NCBI GenBank assembly: GCA_046261875.1
Contig: JBHENW010000177.1
Location: 1 to 58,988, forward strand
Reading direction: 5' to 3'
From: Thermoanaerobaculia bacterium
GTDB lineage: Bacteria; Acidobacteriota; Thermoanaerobaculia; UBA5066; Gp7-AA6
DNA: 58,988 bases
The translations under genes and the position numbers were made by a program. Below the pieces are notes generated by a model. The model did no database searches. It saw nothing but the letters and a program-made list of their open reading frames with translations, and had not been told where the DNA came from. Positions 1 to 8,572 of this stretch are shown here, one piece after another (position 1 is the first letter of the stretch; the number at the start of each line of letters is the position of its first letter).

Positions 1-209
1 GGCTCGGTCTCCGGGCGCTCGGCGGCGCGCTCCGCATCGGGCGGAGGCGGCGCCGCCGCGGCGTTTCGGGGGGGCGGCGGCGGCGCCGGTTTGGGCGGCG
101 GAGGCGCGGCGGCCGGCTCTTCCGGCTGGAAATCGGGCCGCAGGTCCCCTTCCGCAGTGAACATCCGGCGGTCGACGACCCGCAATTTCTTCTCTTCTTC
201 GTCCGCCAT
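1..209 (-). CDS. Partial CDS (5' end only), probable DUF1844-family protein
   Basis: Not in the ORF track. Manual translation from ATG 209 gives MADEEEKKLRVVDRRMFTAEGDLRPDFQPEEP followed by a Pro-rich linker. It is divergent from mazG and runs off the window edge. Confidence 0.6.
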   Translation of the reverse strand, partial: MADEEEKKLRVVDRRMFTAEGDLRPDFQPEEPAAAPPPPKPAPPPPPRNAAAAPPPPDAERAAERPETE

Positions 210-265
210 GCGATGGAAAATCTTAACCCGGATGGGCTCCGGGAACCGGGCCTATCATGCGCCGC

Positions 266-1039
266 GTGAGCGACCCGCTCGCCGACTTGACGCGCCTTGT
301 CTCCACGCTGCGCCGCGAGTGCCCGTGGGATCGTGAGCAGACCCCCGAGACGCTGAAAACCTATCTGCTCGAAGAGTGCTACGAGGTCCTCGCGGCCCTC
401 GACGCAGGGGAACCGTCCGCGCTCAGGGACGAGCTCGGCGACCTGCTGTTCCAGATCTTTTTCCTGGGGGAGATCGCCCGCGAGCGCGGCTGGTTCGATC
501 TCCACGAGGTCGCCTCTGCGATCGCGCAGAAGATGCGCGAGCGCCACCCGCACGTTTTCGGAGACGCGCGCGCGGAGACGGCGGAAGACGTGCGCCGCGG
601 CTGGGAAGCGCGCAAACGGCGCGCTTCCGCGGAGGCAGGCGGCGACCCGCTCGGGAGCGTCCCTCCCGCGCTGCCCGCGCTCGCTGCCGCGTTTCGCCAG
701 ACGGAGCGGGCCGCGGACCTCGGCTTCGACTGGAGCCGCGACGCCGACGTGGTCGAGAAGATCGAAGAAGAGCTTTCCGAGTGGAGGCGCGCCGAGCGCG
801 ACGGGGACCCCGCGGCCGAACGGCACGAGATCGGCGATCTCCTCTTCGCCGTCGTCAACCTTGCGAGGCGGCGCGGGATCCACCCCGAGGAAGCTCTCCG
901 GGAGAGCAACGCGCGCTTCCGCGCCCGCTTCGCCGGCGTCTCGCGGCGCGCGGCGGCGTCCGGACGCGAGATCTCCGAGATCGGGATGGAGGAACTGGAC
1001 CGCTACTGGGAGGAAGCGAAGAAGGAAGAGAAACCCTAG
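266..1039 (+). CDS. mazG: Nucleoside triphosphate pyrophosphohydrolase MazG
   Basis: CPWDREQT, EECYE, ELGDLLFQ, RHPHVFG, GFDW and EIGDLLF motifs (tandem MazG domains). GTG 266 chosen because TATCAT lies at 253-258. Confidence 0.95.
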   Translation: MSDPLADLTRLVSTLRRECPWDREQTPETLKTYLLEECYEVLAALDAGEPSALRDELGDLLFQIFFLGEIARERGWFDLHEVASAIAQKMRERHPHVFGDARAETAEDVRRGWEARKRRASAEAGGDPLGSVPPALPALAAAFRQTERAADLGFDWSRDADVVEKIEEELSEWRRAERDGDPAAERHEIGDLLFAVVNLARRRGIHPEEALRESNARFRARFAGVSRRAAASGREISEIGMEELDRYWEEAKKEEKP

Positions 1040-1908
1040 CGCATCAGGTCGCCCAGCTTCACGACCTCGATCCCCCGGCTCGCCAGCTTCGGCAGCTCCT
1101 CTTCGAGCACCTCGAGCGTCGCCGGGTAAGGATGCCCCACGCCGACCGCCGCGCCGTCGCGCCGCGCGCGCTGCAGGAGGTCCTCGAGCGCGGCGCGCAC
1201 GGCGGGCTCCGTCGCGACCCGGTCGAGGAACACCTGGCGCGAGGCGCTGGGGACTCCGAGCTCGCGCGCGAGGTCTGCCGCGACCGTCGCGTCGGTCGTG
1301 CGGCTGTCGAGGAAGAAGAGGCCGCGCCCCGCCACGGCGCGCAGCACGATCCGCATGACCCGCGGGTCCGCGGTCGCCGCCGAACCCATGTGGTTGTTGA
1401 CCCCGACCGCGCCGGGGACCGACGCCAGGTCGCGCGAAAAGATCTCGGCGATCTCCCCTTCGCTCTGCGCGCGCACGACGACGCCCGGGCCGGGGCGCAC
1501 GCGGGGGTAGCCGTGGGGCTCCATCGGGAGGTGGAGGATGACCTCCTTGCCGGCCCGCGCGAGGGCGCGTGCGGCGGGAGCGCTGCCGGGCAAGCCCGGC
1601 AGAACGGCTCCGGCGACGGGCTGCGCCAGCCGCGCCAGACGGCGGACGGCTTCATCGTCGTTGCCGAGGTCATCCACCACGATGGCGATGCGGGCGGGAG
1701 CGCGACGGTCCGCGGCGCCGGGGGCCGGGGGGCGCGGCGCCGGAGTCCGTCTTTTCGCGCGCGGCGTCGCGGAGCGGGGCCTGGTCGAAGCCTTCTCGGG
1801 CGGCGGCTCCCGGGAGGCCCGCTCGCGATAGAGCAGGACGCCGAGAACGATCGAAAGGGCGAGGAAGAAAAGGGTGGCGGGAGAGAACCGGCGGGAGGAC
1901 GCCGCCAA
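1036..1908 (-). CDS. Divergent polysaccharide deacetylase family protein (YibQ-like)
   Basis: N-terminal TM helix; IAIVVDDLG, LHLPMEP, GVNNHMGS, FFLDSRT and GHP motifs. Confidence 0.93.
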   Translation of the reverse strand: MAASSRRFSPATLFFLALSIVLGVLLYRERASREPPPEKASTRPRSATPRAKRRTPAPRPPAPGAADRRAPARIAIVVDDLGNDDEAVRRLARLAQPVAGAVLPGLPGSAPAARALARAGKEVILHLPMEPHGYPRVRPGPGVVVRAQSEGEIAEIFSRDLASVPGAVGVNNHMGSAATADPRVMRIVLRAVAGRGLFFLDSRTTDATVAADLARELGVPSASRQVFLDRVATEPAVRAALEDLLQRARRDGAAVGVGHPYPATLEVLEEELPKLASRGIEVVKLGDLMR

Positions 1909-1914
1909 CGGCGG

Positions 1915-3078
1915 CTACGCCGCCCGGCGGGCCGGTGTCTCTCGCCGAGCGACCTCCAGGCCGCGCTCGAGGATGGGGTCCTTGCCGTCCTGATCGCCGG
2001 GGAACACGATCACCCGCTCGTCGGGAGTCAGGCCCTTGCCGCCCAGAACGGATCCGGAGGGCGAGACGTACCGCGCGACGGTCATGAAGAGCGATCCGCC
2101 GCTCGGAGTCGGGACGAGGCGCTGGACGAAGGCCATCCCGACCGTGCTTTCTCCTACGGTCGGCGCCGAGGCGCGATCCTTCAGGGACGCCGCGAAGACT
2201 TCGGCCGGACCGCCCGTCGCGTCGTCCATGAGGACCACCGTCCGGCCCCGCCAGACCCGCTCGCCGACCGTATCCAGGGGGTTCGCGGGGGCCTTGCGCG
2301 CGACGACCTTCGCGACGACGCCCCGATCGACGAAGAGCGACGCGGGGCCGGCCGCTTCGGCTGGGTCGCCGCCGATCGCGCCGCGAACATCCACGATCAG
2401 CTTCGTGAGACCGCGGCGGTTGGCTTCCTCCACGAGCTTGCGAACGGCGCCGGTCGTAGGGGCGCCAAATGCGGGAATCCGGAGGATCCCGAGGTCGGAC
2501 TCCCACTTGGCGCTCGGCTCTTCGGGCTCGTACTTGGAGCGCGCGAGCCGGAAGGAAACCTTCTTTTCATCCGCGACACGGAAGAGCCCGACGTCCACGC
2601 GGGTCCCTTCGGGGCCCTCGAGCGCCGCGGTGATCTTCCAGAGGGGGGCGTTGCGCATGCTCTTGCCGTCCACGGAGTCCAGCAGATCCCCGGCCTGGAC
2701 TCCGGCTTTCTCCGCCGGAGAGCCGGGCAATGGGGCGACGACGTAAGGGAACCCGCCGCGCCGGGCGATCACGATGCCCGGGTTCACCGCGCCGGAAGCC
2801 TGCTGCGCCTGGAAGGTCGCGCGCTCCGAGGCGGGCACGTAAAAGGAGAACGGATCGAGGGCATCGGACATCCCGTCGTAGGCGCCCTCCAGGAGGATCC
2901 GGGAGTCCGTGGACTCGACGTAATTCGCCCGCGTCAGCGCCAGGACGTCGGAAAATATCGACAGGGCGCGCGAAGCCGGATCCCGGCCGCTCCCCTGCGG
3001 ACCCGCCACCGCCCGAAGCGAAGCGAGGGCGGCCAGCGAGCAGACGACGAAGACAACCCGCGAGCGGTTCGACTTCAC
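1915..3078 (-). CDS. S41/CtpA-like PDZ periplasmic protease homolog, catalytic residues degenerate
   Basis: Signal peptide, ALDPFSFY, PDZ domain (PGSPAEKAGVQAGD), ARYVSPSG and GLTPD. Start reassigned to GTG 3078. Confidence 0.88.
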   Translation of the reverse strand: MKSNRSRVVFVVCSLAALASLRAVAGPQGSGRDPASRALSIFSDVLALTRANYVESTDSRILLEGAYDGMSDALDPFSFYVPASERATFQAQQASGAVNPGIVIARRGGFPYVVAPLPGSPAEKAGVQAGDLLDSVDGKSMRNAPLWKITAALEGPEGTRVDVGLFRVADEKKVSFRLARSKYEPEEPSAKWESDLGILRIPAFGAPTTGAVRKLVEEANRRGLTKLIVDVRGAIGGDPAEAAGPASLFVDRGVVAKVVARKAPANPLDTVGERVWRGRTVVLMDDATGGPAEVFAASLKDRASAPTVGESTVGMAFVQRLVPTPSGGSLFMTVARYVSPSGSVLGGKGLTPDERVIVFPGDQDGKDPILERGLEVARRETPARRAA

Positions 3079-3121
3079 GATGGGATGGTAACAGAGGCGC
3101 GAAAAGAAACCTTCCGTCCGG

Positions 3122-4270
3122 CTACCGGAGCCACGCCACCGGATCCGAGGCTTTCTGCTTGTCCCGGACCTCGAAATAAAGGCCGGGTTCGGCCCGCCCC
3201 GGACCGACTCCCGCCCAACCGACCGTGGTGCCGACGGGCACGTAGCTGCCCGTCGTGACGGCGATCCCCTGCAGCCATGCGTAGAGCGTGAACATCGCGT
3301 CCCCGTGATCCACGATGACGAGATTTCCGTACTCCGCGAGCCACTGGGCATAGACCGCGCGGCCGGCATAGACGGCCCTCACCGGCGCGCCGGCCGGCAG
3401 GGCAATCGCGATGCCGTTGGAGATCGTCCAGGCGTCGAAACGGGGATGGCGATGGCGGCCGAAGGTCTCGACCAGGGCTCCCCGGGCCGGCCAGTCCAGG
3501 ACACCCTTCCAGGGACGGATGCCGCCCGAAGCGCCCGCGGGCTGCGGCTCGGACTGCCGCGCGAGCGTCTCGAGCAGGCGCTCGAGGCGCAGGGCCTTGT
3601 CCGAGAGGGCGATGACCTCGCGCCGTCCGGACGCGGCGACGTCCCGTTGCTTCTCGAGCAGGCGTCGGCGGTGATCGCGGAAAGAAGCGATGCGCGCTCT
3701 CTCGCGCCGGCTGGCGGCGTGGAGGCCGTCCAGCTCCTTCCGCATCGCCTCCTCCCGCAGAACGTCCTCGGCCAGCGCGCGCTCGGCGCTCCGGTGCTTC
3801 GCGAGAAGCGCGCCGTCCCGCCGGGCCAGGGCGTCGAGCCGCTCCAAACCCTGGAGCAGGGCCGGTACGTCGCGCGCCTCGAGCACGACCCGGAAGTAAC
3901 CGTACCGGCCGAATCGGTGGAGCACCCGCGCGCGGGAGACGAGCGCCGCCCGGCTTTTCGCCGCTTCGGCCGCGGCCAGCCCCCGGCGAGCCTGCGTCTC
4001 CGCCAGCTTCTTCGTCAGGTCCTCGCGGGCGGCCGCCAGGAGATCCTCCTCCCGCTCCGCGATCTCCAGCCGCAGGGTCCACCGGTTCAGCTCCTCCGAC
4101 AGAGTCGCGACCTTCTTTTCGCTCTCGGTGAGCCGGGACTTCAGAGTCGCGATCCTCGAGCGGAGTCGCGAGAGATCATCCCTCCTTTCGCGGTCCGGGT
4201 CGGCTTCCGCCGCGGAGCCGATCGCGGCGAAGCTGCCGAAAAGGAGCGCGGCGCAAAGGGCTCGGGTCAC
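3122..4270 (-). CDS. envC: Murein hydrolase activator EnvC-like (coiled coil plus degenerate M23/LytM domain)
   Basis: C-terminal part of ORF 3122..6409: signal peptide, long coiled coil, WPARG..FG, YGNLVIVDHG, LYFEVR..DP. Zn ligands are absent (SNGIAI, YAWL), as in EnvC. GTG overlaps the upstream stop. Confidence 0.85.
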   Translation of the reverse strand: MTRALCAALLFGSFAAIGSAAEADPDRERRDDLSRLRSRIATLKSRLTESEKKVATLSEELNRWTLRLEIAEREEDLLAAAREDLTKKLAETQARRGLAAAEAAKSRAALVSRARVLHRFGRYGYFRVVLEARDVPALLQGLERLDALARRDGALLAKHRSAERALAEDVLREEAMRKELDGLHAASRRERARIASFRDHRRRLLEKQRDVAASGRREVIALSDKALRLERLLETLARQSEPQPAGASGGIRPWKGVLDWPARGALVETFGRHRHPRFDAWTISNGIAIALPAGAPVRAVYAGRAVYAQWLAEYGNLVIVDHGDAMFTLYAWLQGIAVTTGSYVPVGTTVGWAGVGPGRAEPGLYFEVRDKQKASDPVAWLR

Positions 4271-6390
4271 CAGATCACCTGACCCGCCGCGTCCGGCGCG
4301 GACGCCGCTCCGAGCAGCGAGCGCAGCGAAGCGGTCACGTCGGCGATCGCGGGCACCGGCTGCGAGCGGAAGGAACGGGACGAGAAGAGCACGCCGCGGA
4401 CCAGGTCCGGGTCCAGGGAGCAATGGTCGCCGCTCCAGACGTCCCGGTTGTCCTCGAAGATCGTCTCGGTCGGCACGCCGAGAGTGGACTGCCATGAGAC
4501 GCGGTAGCCCGGGCGGTTCGATACGATCAGGTCGGGTATCAGGCGGGGGTCGAAGCGCCGGTAGATCTCTTCGCGGCGGAACACGCGCGAAACGGCCTTC
4601 TCGCCGCCGTTCGGGTCGGTGATCTCGAGCAGGTCGCGCGCGAGCTCGGTGCGGACCCGCTCGTACTCCTCGCCGGGCGAGACGACGCCGTCCTTCTCCC
4701 GGCCGCGCAGGTTGACGTAGATGTCTCCGAACCCCATCGAGTAGGCGCGGGTCTTCATCCAGTCCACGGCGTCCCAGAACTGCCCGCGGGAAAAGAGCGC
4801 TTCCAGGTTCTGTCTCCGGGCGCTCCCCTGCAGGACGAGGTACCCGCGTTCGACGAGCCAGGTGTTGTAGTTGACCGACCGGCGCCACGTCGCGAAACCG
4901 TGGTCGGAGAGGACGACGAGGAGGTCTCGAGGCGAAAGCCGCTTCGCCGTTTCCCCCACGATCTCGTCCACGGTCTCGTAGGAGCGCTCGACCGCGTCGC
5001 CGTACCGAGCCGCGAGCGCGGCGTCGTACGCCGGGTGCTGCGGGTCCCGCAGACGCCAGAAGACGTGGCCCACCCGATCGGGGAACTCGAAGTAGTGGAC
5101 GAGGAGCTTTTCGTCCCTTGCGAGCAGCGACTCGAGCATGCGCCGGTCCTGGGCGACGGTTGCCGCCACGTCCTCGAGAAACGCCTCCTCCTTGAGCGTG
5201 CCGGACTGGATGGACCAGGTGTCGATCGCCCAGCCCATCGTCTTGTAGCGGCCGAACCCTTCGACGAGCTCCTCCGCGAAGCCGCGCGGGTGGGAGAGGG
5301 CGACTCCGGGCGGCAGACGCTCGGGGTCCAACTGGATGGGCGAGAGGTAGAGCGCGATCTCCGGCTGCGCGCTCTCCAGCCGGAAGCGCCCGTAGCCGTG
5401 AACCGTGATGAGCGGGTTGACTCGGAAGGGAAAGGAGACCCAGGGGCTCCATGACCCCGCCGTCAGCTCGACTCTCGAGCCGCCGACCTCGACCGTCACG
5501 CGGTCCCTCGATGGGGCCACCGTGAGCGTCATCGGGAGCGCGATCGGCCCCTCGCGCCGGAAGATCTTGCCCGGCGGTCCCGCCACGCTCGTCTGCTGGC
5601 TGCCGACGTTGGTCTCCAGCCGCACGAGCTCGATGGAGAAGTCGTTGCCTTCGCGCGGCGTGAAGAAGGGGTCGGAGGTGTAGTAGGCCGGTTTTCCGAT
5701 GCGCCCCGAGATGTCGGGCACGCCGAGTCCCGAAAGCAGCCGGCCTCCCGCGAGGGTCTCGGGCGGGAAGGTCACCGGCATCCGCATGACCGTCGCCGGC
5801 CGAGCTCCCGGGACGCTCCAGAACGTCTCTCCGCGCCGGTTGTTGCGGACGCCGGGGCGCGTTTCCGGCAGCCACTCGCGCGCGGCGAGGTATGCGCCCG
5901 CGGCGGCGGCGAGCCCCAGGACGTCGAAAGCGAGCATCCAGACGATCCGCCGCCGCGCGAGAAACACGGCTGCGCCCGCGAGGGAAAAGAAGACGAAGAC
6001 GCCGGCCGCCAGAAAGACCGGGTTGGATTTGCCGAGAAGAAAGGGCGCCTCGGTCTCCTCGGCGACCGCGAAGGTGGGAATCAGGTTGGCCGGATCCCGC
6101 TTGAGAAAATCGAAAATCTGGTGGCCCCCCGGATCGAGACCGGTCGAGAACGTCGCCCAGGAGACGGGCGTCTGGGCGGGAATCGTGGGCACGAGCGGCG
6201 AATAGCCCCCGCGCCGGCGCAGCGCATCGAGGTTCGGCAGCTCCCCGCGCGCCAGCATCTGCTCGACGACCGTGGAATCCACGCCGTCGAATCCGAGTAC
6301 GACGATCCGGGCGGGGGCCTCGACGGCCGTGCCGCCGGCGGCGGCGGTGAGCAAGCCGAGAGATGCCGCCAGCAGGAGCCTTCGGGTCAA
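4267..6390 (-). CDS. Alkaline phosphatase superfamily protein (nucleotide pyrophosphatase/phosphodiesterase type)
   Basis: LGFDG, PAQTPVSWATFSTG (Thr nucleophile), DRVGH, SDHGF and SGDH motifs; signal peptide and two internal TM helices. Confidence 0.9.
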   Translation of the reverse strand: MTRRLLLAASLGLLTAAAGGTAVEAPARIVVLGFDGVDSTVVEQMLARGELPNLDALRRRGGYSPLVPTIPAQTPVSWATFSTGLDPGGHQIFDFLKRDPANLIPTFAVAEETEAPFLLGKSNPVFLAAGVFVFFSLAGAAVFLARRRIVWMLAFDVLGLAAAAGAYLAAREWLPETRPGVRNNRRGETFWSVPGARPATVMRMPVTFPPETLAGGRLLSGLGVPDISGRIGKPAYYTSDPFFTPREGNDFSIELVRLETNVGSQQTSVAGPPGKIFRREGPIALPMTLTVAPSRDRVTVEVGGSRVELTAGSWSPWVSFPFRVNPLITVHGYGRFRLESAQPEIALYLSPIQLDPERLPPGVALSHPRGFAEELVEGFGRYKTMGWAIDTWSIQSGTLKEEAFLEDVAATVAQDRRMLESLLARDEKLLVHYFEFPDRVGHVFWRLRDPQHPAYDAALAARYGDAVERSYETVDEIVGETAKRLSPRDLLVVLSDHGFATWRRSVNYNTWLVERGYLVLQGSARRQNLEALFSRGQFWDAVDWMKTRAYSMGFGDIYVNLRGREKDGVVSPGEEYERVRTELARDLLEITDPNGGEKAVSRVFRREEIYRRFDPRLIPDLIVSNRPGYRVSWQSTLGVPTETIFEDNRDVWSGDHCSLDPDLVRGVLFSSRSFRSQPVPAIADVTASLRSLLGAASAPDAAGQVIW

Positions 6391-6431
6391 GCGTCGGGAA
6401 GTGTAACAAGGCCGCGGGCTAAGATCGCGCG

Positions 6432-7658
6432 GTGACGACGCGTACGGAGGAGCTGCCCGAGCTGCTCGCCCGGATCCCGGACCCAGTCATCCGTTCGCTG
6501 TTCTCGGCCGAGTTCATCCTCTGCGCGGAGCACTTCGACCGGTTCACCGTCGAGATGCTCCTGAACCTGGTACGGGACCTGGAGCTCGCGGAGAATCTGC
6601 GACGCGGGACGACGGTCCCCCAGCTGCTGCGCGAGCGCGGATTCGCGCCCCGGGCCGAAGTTCCCGTGCGGTGGTTCTTCCGCAAGCTCGAGGCCGAGGG
6701 CTACCTCTCGCGCGAAGGCGAGGACGCGGAAGCGGTTTACCGGTCGCGCGGCCCGATGCCTCCGGGAGACCCGGACCGGGAGGAGCGTCTCGCCCGCTCC
6801 GTGGACGCGCGGTCGGCCCCGCCGTTCGCCGTCGTCCGGGCGATGGTCGAGCACGTACCGGAATTCCTCAAGGGGGAGAAGACGGGCGAAGAGATCCTCT
6901 TTTCGCCGGCGCGGTTGCCCCTCTGGTTCGACTACTTCTCCAACGACAATCTGCTCTACGGGATCAACAACCGGCTCGGAGCGGAAGCGGTCTTTCGCGC
7001 GCTCCCCCGGCGTCCCGCGGCCGTGCTCGAGATCGGCGGGGGATCCGGTTCGGCCGCACTCGCGCTCTTCGAAAGGCTCGCGCGCGACGCGGCGACCTCG
7101 CGCATCGCGAGCTACAGGTTCACGGAGATCGTCCCGACCTTTCTGCGCCGCGCCGAGCGATCGATCAAGGCGCGGTTTCCCGCGGTCCCTGTCGAGTACG
7201 GACGCCTCGACATGGATCGGGACTTCGCGGAACAGGGCGTCGCGCCGGAGAGCGCGGACGTCGTGTACGCAGTCAACACCGTCCACATCGCCAGGGACCT
7301 CTCGGCGACGCTGTTCCGGATCCGGGGAGCGCTGAAGCCCGGCGGCGTCGCGGTCTTCTCCGAGTGCGTCCGTCCCTTCCCGGAGCAGCCGATCTACGTG
7401 GAGTTCGTCTTCAATTTCCTCCAGAACTTCACCGGCGTCGCCACGGATCCGGAGGTCCGGCCGAATCACGGGTTCCTGACGCCGGAGAACTGGCGGCGGT
7501 CATTCCGGGCCGCGGGCTTCGAAATGCCGGAGATCCTCCCGGACGTGGAATCGCTGGCCCGTCACTACGACGCGTTCTTCGTGGCGGCGGTGTCGGCCCG
7601 CCGACCGCCCGTCGGGTCCGGCGCTTCGCGGCGCGACGGGTCGTCCCAGAAGGGGTAG
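6432..7658 (+). CDS. Class I SAM-dependent methyltransferase resembling PKS C-methyltransferase domains
   Basis: VLEIGGGSGS, YRFTEI, DVVYAVNTVH and LKPGGVAVFSE motifs. Confidence 0.85.
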   Translation: MTTRTEELPELLARIPDPVIRSLFSAEFILCAEHFDRFTVEMLLNLVRDLELAENLRRGTTVPQLLRERGFAPRAEVPVRWFFRKLEAEGYLSREGEDAEAVYRSRGPMPPGDPDREERLARSVDARSAPPFAVVRAMVEHVPEFLKGEKTGEEILFSPARLPLWFDYFSNDNLLYGINNRLGAEAVFRALPRRPAAVLEIGGGSGSAALALFERLARDAATSRIASYRFTEIVPTFLRRAERSIKARFPAVPVEYGRLDMDRDFAEQGVAPESADVVYAVNTVHIARDLSATLFRIRGALKPGGVAVFSECVRPFPEQPIYVEFVFNFLQNFTGVATDPEVRPNHGFLTPENWRRSFRAAGFEMPEILPDVESLARHYDAFFVAAVSARRPPVGSGASRRDGSSQKG

Positions 7659-8560
7659 AAGCAGTACCACTGTTCGGGGTATGCGGCGACGTACCGCTCG
7701 AGTATCGCGACGTATCTCTTCAGGTTGTTTCGGAAAGTCTCCTCACGGTCCCCTCCCCGCTCGATCGCGAGCGGCTCTTCGACGATCGCCCGATACCGTC
7801 CGTCGCCGACCCGGACGATGAACGCGGGAAGGACGGTTGCGCCGGTCGACATCGCCACCCGGATCGGGCCGCGCGGAAAGTAAGCGGTCCGCCCGAAGAA
7901 GGGGACCTGGTGTCCCGTGTTGTCGAAGTCCCGATCTCCCTGCATCGCCACGATCGCGTTCCCGGCCAGCGCGCGCAGGACGGAGAGCGTGGATACGAAG
8001 GAGCGGTCCACGGGAATCTCGGTGACCCCGGCGCGCTGATGCAGCCCGCGCCGGGCCGCTTCCACCGCCGGGAGCATGTCGGGCACGAGGACGACGTGAA
8101 CCGGTAGCTTCATCTCCGCCAGCATCAGCCCCCCGACCTCCCAGTTGCCCAGATGCGCAGTGATGAGGAGGACGCCCTTGCCGCGTTCGAGGCCGTCGAG
8201 GATCCGCGAATAGCCGACGACGCTTTCCACCAGCCGCGAGGACTTCTCGGGCGGACGGGAGGCGAAATGGAGGAAATCGACCCAGGCGAAGAAGTGCGCG
8301 TCGACGAGACGCCGCGCGGTCGCTTCGACCTCCTTCGAGCCGGTCGGCAGGCCCAGGATGATCGAGAGGTTCGACCTCAGCGCCGCGAGGTACTTCCCCC
8401 GCAGCCCCATGTAGCGGCTCATCGTCTGGCGTGCGAGGGCGTGCATGAGACGGCGCGGCAGGACGCGGGCGAGGATCAACCCGGTGGGGAACCAGAGGTG
8501 GGACACACCCGAGGCGATCGCCCGTACCACCCGGCTTCGGCTGGCCATCTTCTCCTGCAT
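7565..8560 (-). CDS. Lipid A/lysophospholipid acyltransferase family (LpxL/HtrB/PatA-like)
   Basis: TAHLGNWE, QGDRD, VPFFG and YPEQW motifs. Confidence 0.9.
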   Translation of the reverse strand: MQEKMASRSRVVRAIASGVSHLWFPTGLILARVLPRRLMHALARQTMSRYMGLRGKYLAALRSNLSIILGLPTGSKEVEATARRLVDAHFFAWVDFLHFASRPPEKSSRLVESVVGYSRILDGLERGKGVLLITAHLGNWEVGGLMLAEMKLPVHVVLVPDMLPAVEAARRGLHQRAGVTEIPVDRSFVSTLSVLRALAGNAIVAMQGDRDFDNTGHQVPFFGRTAYFPRGPIRVAMSTGATVLPAFIVRVGDGRYRAIVEEPLAIERGGDREETFRNNLKRYVAILERYVAAYPEQWYCFYPFWDDPSRREAPDPTGGRRADTAATKNAS

Positions 8561-8572
8561 TCGGGGGGGAGT

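Noticed and set aside
376-3258. 960-aa + strand ORF, and similar long ORFs (36313..39678, 47026..49608, 35579..38134, 19476..21359, 27736..29532)
   Set aside because: Antisense or off-frame shadows of well-supported genes; Arg/Gly/Pro-rich with no motifs, as expected in high-GC DNA.
3122-6409. 1095-aa ORF as a giant M23 protein
   Set aside because: Only the last 382 aa are EnvC-like; the rest is an alternative frame of the phosphodiesterase gene.
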